From contig JAHLMT010000001.1 in assembly GCA_018920185.1 (NCBI GenBank), positions 190,717 to 254,716 of the forward strand: a stretch of DNA of 64,000 bases, in the 5' to 3' direction. The translations under genes and the position numbers were made by a program. Shown here in pieces: positions 59,351-64,000 of this stretch (position 1 is the stretch's first letter; every line of letters starts with the position of its first letter). The notes beneath the pieces are model-generated. The model saw only the letters and a list, made by a program, of their open reading frames with translations, ran no database searches and had not been told where the DNA came from. This DNA is from Candidatus Aenigmatarchaeota archaeon (GTDB lineage Archaea; Aenigmatarchaeota; Aenigmatarchaeia; CG10238-14; SCSR01).

Positions 59351-61159
59351 GTGGGCGACAAATCTTACTTGGCTAATTTAACTAATTCTTATTTAGATCA
59401 ATTACTATTTTCCGAGTGGCGTGGTGCCGATCTGCTTATTTTTTGTCTTTTAAAAGAAGGAGTTAAAGATATATTCGGCGTTAACGGTGGAGCTGTTCTC
59501 GAGATTTATCACAGATTACCCCGCACACCAATTAAAATATGGGATATGGCACACGAACAAGGTGCAGTACATGCAGCTGAAGGCTATAACGCAGTCACAG
59601 GCAGACCGGGTGTGGTCCTAGTAACATCTGGTCCGGGTCTCACAAACACCCTCACAGGAATAACTGATGCTTACATGGATTCCCGTGGAGTAGTTGTCAT
59701 CAGTGGTCAAGTACCGCGTGAAATGATAGGAAAAATGGCTTTTCAAGAAGCTCCTGTCACAGCAATGTCCCAATCGGTAACCAAATATAATATTTTAGTA
59801 ACTGAAATAAACAAGCTTCCTCATGAAGTTAAAAAAGTTTTTGCACTTTCGACTAATGGTAGGCCTGGTCCTACACATTTGGATATACCCAAAGATTTGC
59901 AACAAACGTTAGTAGGTGACACACCAGAAATTTTACAGTATGAAAATATACAAATAGAGTTGCCCGAACACGTAGATCAAGAATTGGAAAGAAAACTAGA
60001 TGATGTAGTCAACCTTCTTAACAAATCAAGAAAGCCTGTGATTTATGTCGGGGGTGGAGTAGTAACTGCGAGAGCATTCAAAGAATTAGACGAATTATCA
60101 ACATTGCTCTATGCACCTGTTGTGACAACTTTAATGGCCAGGACAGCGTACAGAAATAGTGAACTAAATCTAGGAATGTTGGGAATGCATGGAACTGAAT
60201 ATGCTAATTGGGCTGTTGACAAATGTGATGTATTATTAAACCTTGGTGCAAGATTTGACGACAGAGTTACTGGTGACCCTAGAAAATTTGCACCCAACGC
60301 TAAAAAAGTTCATGTAGACATCGACCAAAAAGAGCTAAACAAAAATGTTAAAGTCGATGTTGGAATTGTTGGAGATGTAAAGTATGTTATGAGAAGATTA
60401 CTACAAAAAGTAAGAGAACATTCAGAAGAATACAGAGCTCTTCACCAAGAATGGGTTGAACAGGTCAATCAATATAGAAAACAACATCTCTTAAGATTTA
60501 GAAATAATGGTAGATGGGTCGATGAAAATAACTATTATGAAATGTTGAAGGAATTAAGGAATAGTGAAATTATTAAACCACAACATGTAATGTTGGAATT
60601 ACGAGAATTGCTTGCCGAAAGAAATCCGATAATTACAACTGGTGTTGGAAGGCATCAGATGTGGGCAGCTCAGTACCTAGGTGATTTAGCAGAACATTTT
60701 ATAACTTCTGGAGGATTGGGAACTATGGGATTTGGTCTACCCGCTGCAATTGGTGCAAAAGTAGCAAGGCCGGATTCACTAGTGTTAAATATCGATGGCG
60801 ACAGAAGTTTTTTGATGACATTACAGCAATTGGATGTCTTAAGAAGATATAACCTACCAGTCAAAATCATTATACTCAACGATGGTGGACATGGAATGGT
60901 GAAGCAGTGGCAAGATACATTTTATCGCTCAAATTATGTAGCATCCGCTTACCCTTCTCCAGATTTTGTTAAAATCGCTGAAGGTTTAGGTGTAGATGGG
61001 ACGCGTGTAAATTCTGCTAGAGAACTAAGAGCTGAGTTAGAGAAAATGATAGATTCCAATAAGCCATTCGTCTTAGACGTTAAAGTAGATCCAAACGAAC
61101 ATGTATTACCAATGATTCCTCCAAAAGGAAGCTTTAATCAAATGATATGTCCTAAATAA
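59351..61159 (+). CDS. ilvB: acetolactate synthase large subunit
   Basis: HEQGA, TSGPG, AFQE, GMLGMHG, RFDDRVTG, SGGLGTMGFG, DGD, GMVKQWQ. Confidence 0.92.
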   Translation: MGDKSYLANLTNSYLDQLLFSEWRGADLLIFCLLKEGVKDIFGVNGGAVLEIYHRLPRTPIKIWDMAHEQGAVHAAEGYNAVTGRPGVVLVTSGPGLTNTLTGITDAYMDSRGVVVISGQVPREMIGKMAFQEAPVTAMSQSVTKYNILVTEINKLPHEVKKVFALSTNGRPGPTHLDIPKDLQQTLVGDTPEILQYENIQIELPEHVDQELERKLDDVVNLLNKSRKPVIYVGGGVVTARAFKELDELSTLLYAPVVTTLMARTAYRNSELNLGMLGMHGTEYANWAVDKCDVLLNLGARFDDRVTGDPRKFAPNAKKVHVDIDQKELNKNVKVDVGIVGDVKYVMRRLLQKVREHSEEYRALHQEWVEQVNQYRKQHLLRFRNNGRWVDENNYYEMLKELRNSEIIKPQHVMLELRELLAERNPIITTGVGRHQMWAAQYLGDLAEHFITSGGLGTMGFGLPAAIGAKVARPDSLVLNIDGDRSFLMTLQQLDVLRRYNLPVKIIILNDGGHGMVKQWQDTFYRSNYVASAYPSPDFVKIAEGLGVDGTRVNSARELRAELEKMIDSNKPFVLDVKVDPNEHVLPMIPPKGSFNQMICPK

Positions 61160-63479
61160 TTTGGTGCATAGCTCTCAAATCTTTCTCAAATTGTTCTAAC
61201 ATCTTCGGTATTTTCATTTCAATAGGATCTTTTAGAGATATACCCATCTCCTTCTTTTTGCTCCATACATTAGAGTTGAACTCGATAATTTTCGGTGTTA
61301 ATTTAGATAATCGAGTATCCCATTTAGCTTTAGGAAATTCTTCTACGTGAATATGCATGTGATATAACTGTCGTGCAATGAAATCTGTTATGAAAGGAAT
61401 TATAGGTGCAAGTAACTGTAGGAGGGTTTTTAAACACGTATGCAGTGTAAACCAAGCTGATTCTTTTTCCTCTCTGTCGAATCCTTTACCGTAAGCACGT
61501 TTTTTGACCATTTCTATATAATGATCGGCAAAAACGTTCCAAGTAAATTCTCTTATTTTGTTAGCAGGAATAAAGAAATTAAAATCTTTGTATCCTTTCA
61601 TGCATTCTTCAATTAATTTACCGAGTTCGGCAAGAATCCATTTATCCGTATCTGTTAGCTTAGCTTTCTTGACAACTGGGAACATCGAAATGAATCTTGA
61701 AACATTCCACAGTTTTATCAAGAATTTTTCAGCATTTGCAATTCTCTGTTCCGAACATCTAAAATCAGCTCCAAGCGAAGCTTCAGCAGCACTCCAAAAT
61801 CTGAAAACATCTGCACCATATTTTTCCAACAAAGGAATGGGATCGATAACATTGCCTTTGCTCTTGCTCATTTTTTCTCCTTTTTCATCAACACCATATC
61901 CAGTTATCCACGCATGTTCAAATGGAGATTTCTTTGTTATCTGATAACATCTGAGCAGAGTGTAGTACAACCATGTTCTAATGATATCCTTCCCCTGAGG
62001 TCGCAGAGTGTTTGGATATGTTTTTGAAAAGAATTTCTTATCCTTCCCGTATTTTGAAATGAATAGTGGTGTAATACTCGAATCCACCCACGTGTCAAAA
62101 GTTCTTGTATCACCGATGAATTCCTTGCACCCACAGTTATCGCATTTCTTGAAAGGAGGCTCCTCTTTCCACGGCCGGTAATACTTTCCTGGTGGAGGGA
62201 CAAAAACCTTCTTACAATCCCTGCAATACCAGATAGGAATTTCAGTTCCGTAGTACCTTCTTCGTGAAATAGGCCAATCTATGCTGATGGCATCAATCCA
62301 ATCTAACAGAAGCTGTCTATGTGATTCGGGATGGAATTTTAATTTCATCGCCAAAGTTTTCATCTTTTCTTTCATGTCTAATTGCTTGATGTACCACTCG
62401 TTCATTGGTATGATTTCTATTGGATTTTTGCTTCTCTCGCATGTTGGTGTCCGATGAATAATATCTTCTTTTTTCACGACTAATCCATTCTCTTCTAAAT
62501 CTTCGATAATTTTCTTTCTCGCTTCTTCAACTGTCATGCCAGCATACTTTCCAGCATTTCGGGTAAGTTTACCTTCAGGGTTAAGTATGATGATCTCTTC
62601 TAATTTCAACTCTCTAAAAAGACGGACGTCTTCATAATCACCATAACTACATATCATTGCAGCACCAGTACCGAATTCAGGATTAGCTTGTGTATGTGTT
62701 ATGATTTTAACTTCTCTATTGAACAAAGGAACTATAGCAGTTTTACCAATTACATCACGATATCGCTCATCATCTGGATGGACTATAATAGTCTGACATG
62801 AACCCAAAAATTCTGGTCGAGTAGTCGCAATAGTTATTACCCCACCTTCTTTCAGTTTGAAATTGATGTAAACTAGCTTTGTTGGCAAATCTTTGTAGAC
62901 AACTTCAGCGTCTGCTATCGTAGTTCCACATGCCGTACAATAATTATTCGGTCTGGTGTCTTCGTAAACTAATCCTCTTTTCCAAAGCTCTAAGAACGTG
63001 GCTTGAGTTAAAGTACGATATTCTTCCGAGTCAGTTCGGTAATAGTTTTTAAAATCTGCAGACAAACCCATTATCTTCATTGTCTGAATCATTTCAGCTT
63101 CCAAATCATCTAAAGCGATTTTGCAGTATTCTATAAACTTTTCTCTCGGTGTTGTGTGGATTGATATGTTGAATTTCTTTTCTGTATAAAGCTCAACCGG
63201 TAAGCCGTTTCTGTCAATTCCTATAGGGAACAACGTTTCATAACCAAGCATTCTTGCAGTACGTGCTATCATATCTATTTGCGAGAAGTGAGCAGCTGCG
63301 CCAACATGCCACGGACGTCCTGACGGATACGGTGGGGGAGTGTCGATTACGAAAATGGGCTTCTTGGATTTGATGTTAAACCTGTATAATTTCTCCCTTT
63401 CCCAAAGTTTTCTTATCTTTTCTTCTAGTGAATGGTTCCATCTAATTTCTTTAATCCTAGGCTTCATGTAAATCTCCAT
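61152..63479 (-). CDS. valS: valyl-tRNA synthetase (archaeal type)
   Basis: IDTPPPY, HVGA, ATTRPE, DWPISRRRYYG, KMSKSKGN. Confidence 0.93.
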   Translation of the reverse strand: MEIYMKPRIKEIRWNHSLEEKIRKLWEREKLYRFNIKSKKPIFVIDTPPPYPSGRPWHVGAAAHFSQIDMIARTARMLGYETLFPIGIDRNGLPVELYTEKKFNISIHTTPREKFIEYCKIALDDLEAEMIQTMKIMGLSADFKNYYRTDSEEYRTLTQATFLELWKRGLVYEDTRPNNYCTACGTTIADAEVVYKDLPTKLVYINFKLKEGGVITIATTRPEFLGSCQTIIVHPDDERYRDVIGKTAIVPLFNREVKIITHTQANPEFGTGAAMICSYGDYEDVRLFRELKLEEIIILNPEGKLTRNAGKYAGMTVEEARKKIIEDLEENGLVVKKEDIIHRTPTCERSKNPIEIIPMNEWYIKQLDMKEKMKTLAMKLKFHPESHRQLLLDWIDAISIDWPISRRRYYGTEIPIWYCRDCKKVFVPPPGKYYRPWKEEPPFKKCDNCGCKEFIGDTRTFDTWVDSSITPLFISKYGKDKKFFSKTYPNTLRPQGKDIIRTWLYYTLLRCYQITKKSPFEHAWITGYGVDEKGEKMSKSKGNVIDPIPLLEKYGADVFRFWSAAEASLGADFRCSEQRIANAEKFLIKLWNVSRFISMFPVVKKAKLTDTDKWILAELGKLIEECMKGYKDFNFFIPANKIREFTWNVFADHYIEMVKKRAYGKGFDREEKESAWFTLHTCLKTLLQLLAPIIPFITDFIARQLYHMHIHVEEFPKAKWDTRLSKLTPKIIEFNSNVWSKKKEMGISLKDPIEMKIPKMLEQFEKDLRAMHQII

Positions 63480-63769
63480 GTGAATTGAAATTTAGAAATA
63501 GAAGTAAATAAAATAATTTCAAACAAGTACCCGTGATTCACCAGACATACTTCTCAAAAGATAATTGTTTAACAGGTTATTTAAATATGTGCTGGATATA
63601 ACACACTAATTTATAAAGGCAAAAAAAATAAAGTAAATTTACCTTGCCTTTAACGCCTGTGATTAGTAATGAGTCAAGCAAGCTATGAAATCACACGCAC
63701 GGGGCAAGGTGATACTTATTTCTGTCCAAACTGTGTCTTTTTTTCTTTGGTTTTTCGTATAACTACTAC

Positions 63770-64000
63770 CTAGTTTTGCAATAACTAACAAAATTCGCAA
63801 GAATATTTATAGGCAGTTTATAGTTATTATTCACTGAATCTAGAATTTTGTTAACATCTTTTCCGTCTCTTATAGCCATTTTAACTGCCGTTTCATATAA
63901 TATCTCAGGATGAAATTGCACCCCCAAAAAAGTTTCTAATTTGATAAGATTCGCAAGAGTTAGTACTTATCACAAGTACAACTGACTTTTCTGGAAGGAC
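63770..64000 (-). pseudogene. 3' end of a class I glutamine amidotransferase gene, frame-broken
   Basis: GVQFHPE...ILANF; the upstream VLPEKSVVL... segment is in a different frame. Confidence 0.55.

Noticed and set aside
63615-63650. AAAGGCAA...TTGCCTTT hairpin upstream of valS as a T-box-like leader
   Set aside because: Short stem only, no T-box motif, and T-boxes are not established in archaea
1-64000. CRISPR array, cas genes, rRNA, IS transposase
   Set aside because: No regularly spaced repeats, cas motifs, rRNA-like tracts or transposase motifs seen

Overview
AT-rich archaeal chromosome segment, most consistent with a DPANN archaeon (possibly Aenigmarchaeota-like; this is inferred from the fused PriS-PriL primase, short GatE, apparently leaderless genes and intron-containing tRNAs). 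Core content: GatD/GatE, agmatinase, deoxyhypusine synthase, SpeD-like decarboxylase, a fragmented spc-type ribosomal operon (S8-L6-L32e // L19e-L18-S5 // L30-L15-SecY-DUF106-L34e-L14e-Cbf5), PCNA, RPA/SSB, TFS, primase, GINS, L44e/S27e, L40e, aRF1, CysRS, ValRS, tRNA-Ser(UGA) and tRNA-Cys(GCA). Accessory content: a type IIG restriction-modification locus, a stand-alone LigD-type ligase, a sigma70-region-4/alpha-CTD fusion, a nickel-SOD (sodN-sodX) cassette inside the ribosomal operon, a zinc-finger + JAB pair, and a ~10.5 kb tyrosine-integrase element at tRNA-Ser with recognisable att-core and arm-like repeats. Best leads: (1) the aRF1 gene has no in-frame start for its conserved N-terminal helix and instead shows RF2-like SD-nnn-AUU-UAA-C +1 frameshift geometry, a candidate autoregulated archaeal release factor (an indel error is the main alternative); (2) an island gene fuses an HTH to a domain resembling the SIRV2-type (Adnaviria) capsid helical bundle. 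All calls are from motif recognition by eye; no searches were run.
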